This document shows, one piece after another, positions 51,461 through 62,539 of a DNA stretch of 64,000 nt (positions are counted from its first letter, which is position 1; each line of letters opens with the position of its first letter). Location: the NCBI RefSeq assembly GCF_001194135.2, contig NC_068986.1, forward strand, positions 13,271,609 to 13,335,608. The letters run 5' to 3'. Under the pieces are notes generated by a model that was given only the letters and a program-made list of their open reading frames with translations, was not told where the DNA came from and did not search any database. This stretch comes from Octopus bimaculoides. Lineage: Eukaryota. Position numbers and translations under genes: made by a program.

Positions 51461-51930
51461 ACATTGCACTGTCCTCAGACTGACACCCAAACACTATGAA
51501 ATGTTCATATTGGAGCTTCTGGCACAAATACCAAGCAGTACAACATGTTTCCAAATTTCTGCCAGAGTGAACTGCGTCAATGTGCCATTTTTCTCACAGA
51601 CAGTGCTCAACTGACCCTACTATGCTGTGTAGTAGACAAAATCAAAAACAAACACCGCACATGCTCGAAATTAGAAATATAAAATGGCAAGGGAGGAAAG
51701 AAAGAAGGAAAGAAAGAAGGAAGGAAGGAAAGAAGGAAGGGAGGAAAGAAAGAAGGAAAGAAAGAAAGAAAGGAAGGAAGAAAAAGAAAGAAAGAAGGAA
51801 TATGAAATAACTGTCATGGTTGTAATTGTTAGAATAAGCGTAAATAATTGATGGCAAGGAGCCGAGGTAAGCAGTGAAGAATATTTGGCAATAATTTGGG
51901 AATTTGATACATGCTACAATAGTTCTGAGT

Positions 51931-51979
<49 letters not shown>

Positions 51980-52124
51980 GTGTAAATCTAGATGCGTGTA
52001 GTACGTATGCACACACACACACTGATAAAGTACTTTTGGTATTCAATAATTTTCTACTCACCAGTTTTAAAATGATGCCTTACACACACATGTATATGTG
52101 CATGTATGTATGTATGTGTGTGTT

Positions 52125-52187
<63 letters not shown>

Positions 52188-53139
52188 CCAGTAATTTGGG
52201 GAAAAAACTAAGTAGACTGTCAACATAGTGGTATAACGAACTTCTCTCTCTCTCACATACACACACACAATCATCATTACCATTTAATGTCCCTTTTCCA
52301 TGTTGGCATGGGTTGTTCAGTTTGGCAAGAGCTGAAAAGCCAGACTACATGAAGCTCCAACATCTGCTTCGACATGGTTTCTACAGCTGTATGTCTTGTC
52401 TAACACCAGCCATTGTATAGTATACTGGGTATTAAAAGCCACTAGGCTTATTAAAAATAACTAAAGTAACAGGAGTAGTATTAGGACCAAAAGGCAAAAT
52501 TTATCACTACTTAAAAGCGACACTAGTGGCTGATTAGACTTTGTCATTCTATATATATTGCTAGCAGGACAATTACTATTTCCAGCAGCCAGGTACCTAC
52601 CATTGACAAGGCCAAAGAAGGTCGAAATCATGTGATTTGATCATCTTGGCAGCAGAGATGGCAGGGATTCTCTCCTGCTAGCAATGTCAACAAGAGTGCT
52701 CATATGCACCAGCAGACCATATGAGAGATTCTCTCATGGCAAATATAACAAAACATCCAATTTTAAATTTTACCTTTTGGTATTAATACTACTTCTGTCA
52801 CTTTAATTATATACATGTGTGTGTGTCTGTGTCTTCGAGTCAGTGTTTGTGTTTTGCCACCACTTGACAACCGGTGTTGGTGTGTTTATGCCCCGCTAAC
52901 TTAGCAGTTCAGCAAAAGAGACTGATAGAATAAGTACCAGGCTTTAAAAAAAAATACTGGAGTTGATTCATTCAACTAAAAATTCTTCAAGGCAGTGCTC
53001 CAGCATGACCACAGACTGAAACAAGTACAAAATAAAAGAAACAACCAATGTAAATCTTCTCATTATGAGAACATCAACTAAACTAAAAGTTTGGATGAGA
53101 AATCTTATCAGTTACCAGATTAGTACCATAGTCTGGTTC

Positions 53140-53380
53140 TTGGGTGTCTTTAGCAGAATCCATCCTGTTGCAAGAATTCGGACAAGATTCCCAGTCTAAA
53201 GATAACTTGATACATTCTGAGTTCAAATTCCGCCGAGGTCGACTTTGCCTTTCATCCTTTCGGGGTCAATTAAATAAGTACCAGTTACACATTGGCGTCG
53301 ATGTAATCGACTTAATCCCTTTGTCTGTCCCTGTTTGTCCCCTCTATGTTTAGCCCCCAGTGGGAGATAAAGAAATAAAT
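53140..53380 (+). mobile_element. SINE family B, long-tail form
   Basis: Colinear with 37111-37343. Confidence 0.8.
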
Positions 53381-53524
53381 TATTATTATTATTATTATTC
53401 AGGTCACTGCCTGGAATCGAACTCAGAATCTTGGGGTTAGTCGCCCACGCTCTTAACCACTATGCCATATGCCCGTCAAATGTAAATAATGTACATAATT
53501 CCTCATCTCTTAAATATAGAACTG
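53381..53524 (-). mobile_element. Family F SINE (copy 3): head on the minus strand joined to an inverted 3'-tail segment; hammerhead part absent
   Basis: Head reverse complement 53381-53474 is fused through a CC overlap to tail end 53473-53524. Confidence 0.75.
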
Positions 53525-54990
53525 AAGAATATATATATTCAGCCTTGCTGTAAACCAGTTTTGTGAGGATAATGACCACTGCTATTTTAAATCAATATGT
53601 AAGGGGACTTGACAAAGTACTGTGAGGAATTTAATCATTTGATCCAACAACTCTGATCACCTCTGCCCTTCCATATACATTTACATCTCCAACACCATCT
53701 ATTTCTCTTTCTCTCGATCTTACCCCCTATCTCTTTTCCTTCTTCCTTGTCCTACTGGGGTAGCTGAGTATCTCCTCTATAATAAGACAGCTTTTCCTGT
53801 CCCTCTGTCGTACACTAGCCTCTCACCTGGCACACAGCCACTTTCTCTGTTCCACTCTTTCTCTCAACCAAGAGGTCTTTGTTTTGCAAGTTATTCAGTG
53901 ACCCCACCGGTGCTAGTGCTGGTGCCATGTAAAAAGGGTCTGTGTTGATGCTATATAAAAAGTACCCAGGACAATCTGTAAAGTCATTAGCATTTTAGGA
54001 AGGGTATCCGGCTGTAGAAACCGAACCAAAACAGACAACTGGAGCAGGCAGCAGCTCTCCAGCTTGCTAGCGCCAGTCAAAAATGGCCAACCCATGTCAG
54101 AATGGAAAACAGATGTTAAATGATGATGCTGATGATATAATAAAATTAGACAGAAAACTGTTTTCCTATATCACTGTACCATGAAAGAGAAAGATAAAAT
54201 TGGGATAAAGCCCCGAGGAAAGAGTGATGAGGATTTGTTGACTCAAAAGAATACAGGAGAAGAGTGGTGAGGTGGGTGCAAATAAGGTACAAACTGAGTC
54301 TGTTTAATGCGTTTAAAGAAGGAACCATGATGAGATTAAGGTTGCAGATAAGTGGGCCTCTAAAGGCTGAAGTTTGAGATGAGTGACAATATGATGTATT
54401 GTAATGTGTCTAATCGACAACAGTAAAGAATGAACATTAAGACATTGGTGATGATGGTGGTGGTGATGTTGAGGATGCCTGTGGTAGTGGTAATAGTGAT
54501 GATGATGATGATGGTGGTTGTGATAAAGCTGATGATTGTGGTGGTGGTGGTGGTGGTGACGACGACAATGATGATGGTGCAGATGATGATGATGATGGTG
54601 GTGGTGGTGGTGGTGATAATAAAAATAGAAAAACATTAGATAAGACTCAGTCATGCATCCTTGAATTTACATTATATTAACTCTGTTATTCATTTATTCA
54701 CCGTTACTATTATTAACTCTATACTTTGTTTTGTTATTTTATTTAACATTTTTCTCAAAAATTCGCTACATTTTCCACAAACTTTGCCTAACTTACTCGG
54801 TAGGCCTTCATTCAGAACAGCCTAAAGCAGGACAGTTACTATTTTGAAGTTTTAACTGACAGAAATAGTTCAAAGCGAAATAAAAATACAAAAAAGCAAA
54901 CTAAAAGTCAGCTCTAACGACTCACTGTTGTTTGAGATGTAATGATTTGTGCCTGGTTAGAGATTAGGCAGAAACAGAGTAAACAGTAGA

Positions 54991-55796
54991 CTGATGGCTC
55001 TTAACTAGGGTCCATAGGACCCTTGTGGGGTTCACATAAGATTTTGTGGTTAAAATTTATGTGCAATAAACTGGTTATACTTCCACAATCTATAAAATAT
55101 TTTAACAACCTTTTTTTATATATTTCCTAATAATAGTTGACTACAAGCAGTGGCGGACTGGGTCTAAAAACATTGGTTGCCAGGAGACTAAGGGGACCCA
55201 CCTGCAACTACAAGGGGGCCCACCTGCAACTACAAGGAGGCCCAACTGCAACTACAAGTGGGCCCACCCACAACTACAAGGGGGACCACCCGCAACTACA
55301 AGGGGACCCACACACAACTACAAGGGGGTGCCCACCCGCAACTACAAGGGAGCCCACCCACAACTACAAGGGGGCCCACCCAAAACTACAAAGGGGCCCA
55401 CCTCAACTACAAGGGGGTGCCCACCCGCAACTACAAGGGAGCNNNNNNNNNNGCCCACCTCAACTACAATGAGGTGCCCACCCGCAACTACAATGCTATC
55501 ATTTAATTGTTTTTTTTTTTTTGTTAAAAGTATTCTTTACAACTGTCTACAAACACAGCCAGGCTGAAATAATTAATGCATTCTTCCAGGAGTGAATAAA
55601 AAATTCTCAAACTTGAGGGGGTGGGCCCCTTAGATACTAACATGCCCCACCCCCTATATGGATTCTTATGGTGCAGGAGCCCACTTGCCATCGGGCAAGA
55701 TGGCAACCTGGCCAGTCTGCCACTGATTACAAGGGTCCAACTGAGCAAAATAGGAATCATAGAGGTCCAGAGGTAAAAAATGGTTGAGAACCACTG
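54991..55796. mobile_element. hAT-like MITE host (right TIR GGTTGAGAACCACTG), interrupted by 55148-55725
   Basis: Right TIR at 55782-55796; degenerate left end near 54991; GGGTCC subterminal motifs. Confidence 0.5.
55148..55725. mobile_element. Non-autonomous hAT-type element with an internal ~21-bp minisatellite
   Basis: 14-bp TIRs CAGTGGCGGACTGG / CCAGTCTGCCACTG; 8-bp TSD ACTACAAG / ATTACAAG; about 13 units of CAACTACAAGGGGGCCCACC(C/T). Confidence 0.8.
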
Positions 55797-56003
55797 GTGG
55801 AGACTAATAATGATGCATGTATGTGTGCATGTATATGAATATATGAGATGGAGAGAGAGTGTCCCATGACCAGGGGGTCTTTAACCAATGGGTCATGGAG
55901 CATTTGATCCCAAGTTGCATAGAAAGAATAAATTTGTAAATTTTATTTCTATTTTATTGATTACTGTAGTCTACAGGATTTTTTTTGCATTATATATGTA
56001 TTA

Positions 56004-56029
<26 letters not shown>

Positions 56030-56039
<10 letters not shown>

Positions 56040-56420
56040 TGTTTAATGCCTGTTTTCTATGCTGGCATGGGTTTGACGGTTTGACTGGGGACTGGAGAGC
56101 CAGCAGCTACACTAGGCTCCAATCTGATCTGGCAATGTTTCTATAGATGGATGCCCTTCCTAAGGCCAACCACTCTGAGAGTGTACTGGGAGCTTTTTAT
56201 GTGCCACCAGCAAAGGAGCTAGTCAGGCGGCACTGCCATCAGCCACATTCGGAAGGTGCTTTTTACATGCTACCGGCACAGGAGCCAGTCGGAGCGGTGG
56301 GGCTAGCATCAACTACATTTAAATGGTGCTTTTTATGTGCCACCAGCAGGGGGAGCCAGTCAGGCAGCACTGGCAACGACCCATACATGAATTGTACTTA
56401 TTGCGTGCCACCAGCATGAG
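56030..56420 (-). mobile_element. Family C retroposon
   Basis: (CAT)n followed by the reverse-complement tail. Confidence 0.7.
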
Positions 56421-57483
56421 AGCATTATATGTGTAATAATTATTATCATGTACACCAATGCATTTTCTTATGTCTGTGATCCCTGTGTTCATGAGAAGAT
56501 TTTTTGTATGAAACCTGTCCAGGGTGCACAAAAGGCTGGGGTCAGTTACCATAACCCATTAGGTTTTAAGATCACCACTTGAAGACCTTGTCTTCATACA
56601 ATGTTTATAAAGGGGACACGGCTAGCCAGAGGCTATAGCTTGTCGCAGTGATCTGAAACCAAACTGCTAGCTAACCAGTCATGCGTCACAACTGAACTAG
56701 AATAGTTACCTGGGATCAATATAATCATATACTCCCTTTTCCTCTTTCCCCAAATTTCCAGCCTTGTGCCTTCATGAGAAAATTATACTGTGCTACTTCT
56801 TGGTGCCAGCTTACATCACTGATCTTTGCTACTCCAGTGTGCATGGACACAATGTAACGATAGTGACAGCTTATGAACCACAACAGATTCAGTCGACTGT
56901 CTAACATTTTATTAACTAAACTACCTATGGCTTATATATACACACACACACACACACAAACACACATGCTTTCACACAAAGCGCATGGATGGCCCAATTT
57001 ATGGGTTATTGGACAACCAGTCAAAGTTCAATAGGTTGTGTCCTTGTTACTAAAAGCTCATTGCCAAGATAGTTCACTCTTATGTGAGCCTAAGAAGAAT
57101 TCATAGAAGCGAAGCAATGAGAGAGAGAGAGGGGGGAGGGGCAGTGAGAGTGGAGAAGAAGAAAAATTAGGATACAATGATAATGAGAAGAAGGTGAATT
57201 AGTGTTGAGTGTAAGGTAGGGAGGGGGTCATTCGAAGGTCAGTGAATTTGTTATAAGACTTCAATCATAGACAATATTCAAATTCATGTCTGTACAAATG
57301 CATATACATGAATAGATGAAAAGAAAACCTGGGAAGCCAAATGTTCACACACCTGCACACACACGTTACCTAATCACCTACACACACACACCTACCTACA
57401 TGCAGACACTATCTAATCACCTACACACACACACACACACTTGCCATCCCATATACAGCTGCACACACACACACACCCCAAAC

Positions 57484-57523
<40 letters not shown>

Positions 57524-57754
57524 AAGTGCCTGCACACTCATACTCACCTGTGCACAAACACCTACACACATACATACAAACACACAGACAATAGTACAAG
57601 ACTATATATTCTCTTGGCACATAGTAGTAAATATAATCTGTCACAATTTTGCAGTGTCATTTTTTATAGCCTTGATCTGACTCATAATGAAATTGAGTAA
57701 ATGGAAACTGTGTGGAAGCCTTTCATATGGTTTGTACCACACACCTTATCATAT

Positions 57755-58037
57755 CAGTTCTACTGGGCATATAGCGTAGTGGTTAAGAGCGTGGGCTACT
57801 AACCCCAAGATTCCGAGTTCGATTCCAGGCAGTGACCTGAATAATAATAATAATAATAACATCGAAAAATACCTTAGGAATGAGAAACCAGGTTCGAAAT
57901 TTCCTCAAGACACCTGATGAAGGCTGGAGGGTGTATCAGCTGAAACGTGTTAACAACAAAGATGAGGACAAATATCCATCAAATGTAAATAATGTAAATA
58001 ATGTACATAATTCCTCATCTTTTAAATATAGAACTGT
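57755..58037 (+). mobile_element. Family F SINE (copy 4), full head-to-tail with a degenerate hammerhead (57909-57952)
   Basis: A box TAGCGTAGTGGT, B box GAGTTCGATTCC, (AAT)n, then CUGAUGA...GAAAC with a 3-nt deletion at the cleavage site; 8-nt inverted tail remnant CAGTTCTA at the 5' end. Confidence 0.85.
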
Positions 58038-58137
58038 ACACATTCAGAATACACATATCTAAGTTGCAGAGATGTAAACACACCAATACCGTTGTCAAGC
58101 AGTGGTGACAGACAAACACAGATACACACAAAACATG

Positions 58138-58174
<37 letters not shown>

Positions 58175-58732
58175 TGAAGTTGTACTCAACCTTACTCTGA
58201 CAACTCCTGCGACACACCGATGCCAAGCTGTACTGGCCTCTGCTTTTCCGTTGGATGTTTTTGTATATGAAATACTTAAAACGCCATTTATACATTTAAT
58301 GTACTCCTGAAACGGCTGTAGATGATATCATTTAACCCCGAGTTTGTATATTTATCTTATGTAATAATATTTACCAAATCTATTCACCTTTGAATTTTTA
58401 AATTTTGAACTCTCATCTGATAACTCATATCAAATACTTAACCAATTTGAACGGTTCCTTTTGGAAGCCCTTACCTTGGATTTTTGTCTCTTTATTTGTC
58501 ACTTCTCCATTCAGTATGTGAACCCAACGTATCTGATGCATAGCTTTCACATATGACTTTTACATGTAATTCTACTCATTTATTTACATAAACTTATATG
58601 TATATTTATTTCGTTGTGTGCTTTAAATTTTGCTTTGGAATTTGTATTGATGGCCTGGATGTGTTCCTTCTATAATTTCTCTTACCCTTCGATTTAGCTC
58701 ACAATGGGCACTTCTTAATGCAGCCTATATAT

Positions 58733-59320
58733 ACTCTTTACTCTTTTTACTCTTTCACTTGTTTCAGTCATTTGACTGTGGCCATGCTGGAGCACCGCTT
58801 TTAATCAAGCAAATCAACCCCAGGACTTATTCTTTGTAAGCCTAGTACTTATTCTATCAGTCTATTTTGCTGAACCGCTAAGTTATGGGGACGTAAACAC
58901 ACAAGTATCGGTTGTGAAGCGATGTTGGGGGGCACAAACACACACACACANNNNNNNNNNNNNNNNNNNNNNNNNNNNNNNNNNNNNNNNNNNNNNNNNN
59001 NNNNNNNNNNNNNNNNNNNNNNNNNNNNNNNNNNNNNNNNNNNNNNNNNNNNNNNNNNNNNNNNNNNNNNNNNNNNNNNNNNNNNNNNNNNNNNNNNNNN
59101 NNNNNNNNNNNNNNNNNNNNNNNNNNNNNNNNNNNNNNNNNNNNNNNNNNNNNNNNNNTTAACGACGGGCTTCTTTCAGTTTCCGTCTACCAAATCCACA
59201 CACAAGGCTTTGGTCGGCCCAAGGCTATAGTAGAAGACACTTGCCCAAGGTGCCACAGAGTGAGACTGAAACCGGAACCATGTAGTTGGTAAGCAAGCTA
59301 CTTACCACACAGCCACTCCT
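58733..59320 (-). mobile_element. SINE family A (gap in the central microsatellite)
   Basis: Reverse complement of 1709-2085. Confidence 0.8.
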
Positions 59321-59605
59321 ACTCCTATTGTGAAGTATACTCAAGAACATACTTTATAAGAAAATTTAACTTTATATACATATTCATACACACATACACG
59401 CACACTATGCAGTGGGATTGAACCCAGAACCATTTGGTTGCAAAGTAAGCTCTTTGACCACACAGCCATGCCTGCACCATCATGAATACAATTTTGTAAA
59501 ATGAAGCCATTTTCTGCAGCATAGCACATCACTTGCAGTGTCAATGGTTGTCTCAAGCTGCACACACACACACACACACACTCACATTGTATGTATTTCA
59601 CTTAC

Positions 59606-59716
59606 ATTGGACATTTTTCTGTCTCGGCTATCATGTCGTACTGCAATCCACTGATCAGAAATCATGGTAACACGTGACCAGGTCACTTGGTCGGCTGGTA
59701 TTCCAAAGTTTCTAAG
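59606..59716 (-). CDS. CLTC-like: Divergent clathrin heavy chain-like gene, internal exon (LRNFGIPADQVTWSRVTMISDQWIAVRHDSRDRKMSN)
   Basis: Polypyrimidine-CAG acceptor and GTAAGT donor; 111 nt, phase 0/0. Aligns to CHC residues 15-49 ([28 protein letters not shown]). The acceptor is at the position of human CLTC intron 1 as recalled. Confidence 0.9.
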
Positions 59717-60097
59717 CTGAAAAAGAAAGAAAAAAAAAAACAAATAAAATATATTTTTTAAAAAAAATTTAAAAAAAAGCAAAAAAAAGTATCTGAAAGT
59801 AATTAAGTACTTAAAGAGATTATTGAGGATGTTATATCAGTAAGTTAGATAATGTTCAGAATCCATGCAATTACACTGGAGTGATAAAAGTAACAAGTTA
59901 TGAACCAGTGTGATAGCTTCAGTGTTGACACTTAACTGGTCAGAAATAGCAACCAAATCTCCCTCAAATATCAACCTTCCATCTTAAGAAAACACTTTGG
60001 ATTCCTATGGTCTGGCACAAAACCATGCCCTCTTTATACTACTTCCTCCATCCCAGTTGAGAGGGTTTTGTCATGCAAGGTACAGGGTGATCCTGTT

Positions 60098-60590
60098 GGT
60101 GTTGGTGCCATGTAAAAAGCACTAGGGCTGGTGCTACATGAAAAGCAGTGATGAATGGGCCACATGAATAGCACAGGTGATGGTGTCACATAAAGAGCAC
60201 TGATGAATTGGCCACATGGAAAGCACTGGTGATGGTGCCATGTAAAAAGAATTGGTGATGGTGCCACATGAAAAGCACTGGTNNNNNNNNNNTGTAAAAA
60301 GAATTGGTGATGGTGCCACATGAAAAGCACTGGTGATGGTGCCATGTAAAAAGAAATGGTGATGGTGCCACATGAAAAGCACTGCTGATGGTGCCATGTA
60401 AAAAGAATTGGTGATGGTGCCACATGAAAAGCACTGGTGATGGTGCCATGTAAAAAGAATTGGTGATGGCGCCACATGAAAAGCACTGCTGATGGTGCCA
60501 TGTAAAAAGCACTGGTGATGGTGCCACATCAAAAGCACTGGTGATGGTGCCATGTAAAAAGAATTGGTGATGGTGCCACATAAAAAGTAT
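60098..60590 (+). repeat. 26-bp minisatellite with alternating unit types (52-bp higher-order repeat)
   Basis: GGTGATGGTGCCACATGAAAAGCACT alternates with GGTGATGGTGCCATGTAAAAAGAATT; inside a family-C-related element. Confidence 0.9.
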
Positions 60591-60809
60591 CCAATATATT
60601 CTGTAAAGTGATTGGCATCAGGAAAGGCAATCAACTGTAAAAATCTGATGATGATAGAAAGAAAGACAGGATGGTCATGGCTGGAACACCTTCAATCACA
60701 GATTACTCATTTATGGCCAACCTAGCACGAAACAACAGCAACACCCATCAAGTTGGTGAGTTTAACTGATAATAATTTAATAGAACATATATTCTTTTAA
60801 TGGTTTCAG

Positions 60810-61195
60810 TTGATGGATAGCAGCCATACTGGAGCACCGCCTTTAGTTGAACTAATCGACCCCAGGACTCATTCTTTGTAAGCCTAGTACTTATTCTATC
60901 GGTCTCTTTCGCCGAACTGCTAAGTTACAGGGACGTAAACACACCAGCATCAGTTGTCAAGTGATGTTGGAGGGACAAATACAGGCACACAAACATATAC
61001 ACACATACATATATATATATATATATACATATATACGACAGGCTTCTTTCAGTTTCTGTCTACCAAATCCACTCACAAGGCTTTGGTCAACCTGAGGCTA
61101 TAGTAGAAGACACTTGCCCAAGGTGTCATGCAGTGGGAATGAACCCGGAACCATGTGGTTCATAAGCTAGCTACTTACCACACAGCCACTCCTAC
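60810..61195 (-). mobile_element. SINE family A
   Basis: Full-length reverse complement. Confidence 0.82.
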
Positions 61196-61499
61196 GCCAG
61201 TAAAAGTCCTTTTTTATATTTCTGATTAATTTAGAAAGGCAGTTGAACAATTGAGGATCTCTAAGTATCAGACTGGTACAATAGTGTACTTTTGCTCATG
61301 ATTTTGAAGATGGTATATGTGGAAGGTGACAATATCTCCCAGTTGGTGCATTAAGATTCTCTCTAATGCTGAAGTTTGGAACATGCCCTTCCTAGGTTTT
61401 CCATATGCAACTGATAGTATCTCTCTCTTCAGCATTCAAGAGAATAGAGACTCAGAACTTTCAGAGTCAAACTTCAGATTAATATAACACAGCCAGAGT

Positions 61500-61885
61500 T
61501 GTTGTTGGAACTCCGTCGCTTATGACATTGAGGGTTCCAGTTGATCCGATCAACGGAACAGCCCGCTCATGAAATTAACGTGCAAGTGGCTGAGCACTCC
61601 ACAGACACGTGTACCCTTAACGTAGCTCTCGGGGATATTCAGCATGACACAGTGTGACAAGGCTGACCCTTTGAATTACAGGCACAACAGAAACAGGAAG
61701 TAAGAATGAGAGAAAGCTGTGGTGAAAGAGTACAGCAGGGTTCGCCACCATCTCCTGCTGGAGCCTCATGGAGCTTTAGGTGCTTTCGCTCAATAAACAC
61801 TCACAACGCCCGGTCTGGGAATCGAAACCGTGATCCTATGACCGCGAGTCCGCTGCCCTAACCACTGGGCCATTGCGCCTCCACA
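61500..61885 (-). mobile_element. SINE family E, full length
   Basis: Reverse-complement head (GGAGGCGCAATGGCCCAGTGG...GGTTTCGATTCCC) and body. Confidence 0.8.
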
Positions 61886-62539
61886 CAGCCAAAGTAAGAA
61901 AAAACAAAGCGTGGCGGGGTGGAGGGGTTAATGTTCCTCACCTTTCATTTTAAATTCTGCTTTGAATCCTTTGATTTCATTACCATTGTTTTAATGTTTA
62001 TTTTGTAGGCTGTCATAGGTTAAATAGGTCTGTTGGTATGCCTCTGTGACATATCATTAACTGTCTTAATTCATTGTCACCTTTTCTATGAGGTCTAAAT
62101 TTCAAGACGAATAGACCAACATTCTCCCCACTGATCCAGCTCTGCTGTCACTAACCACTTTGATTCTCTGTCATAAGGTCTAATGTTTTCACATCCACCA
62201 TCCAACAATCTCACTACAGATCTTTATTAGCACAGAGTATTGTTTTCCTTCCATCATTTATTCACACCGCATTGTAGTCTAGGGTGTATCCAGCCACTGT
62301 CACAGCTCACTCATGTACTGCCTCTTTTTTTTTTTTTTTAATGCAAGATAAATAGAATGAAAAAGTAAAAACAAAAATAAATATATAAACGCAATCATTG
62401 TTAATCTGACTGGAATAAGTCGCTGGCAGACCAGACATCAGATGTGAGCATAATAAATGTGAAAATAGCTCTTTCCCAGACTGCATAAAGTCCCACCCCC
62501 AGGGTGGCAGATTTTTCACCTTAAAGAACAACATGTGCT

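Noticed and set aside
61942-62017. Candidate first exon (ATG ACA GCC...ATG AAA G|GTGAGG, minus strand)
   Set aside because: It ends in phase 1; joining to the phase-0 acceptor at 59716 gives an immediate stop, and it has no similarity to the CHC N-terminus.
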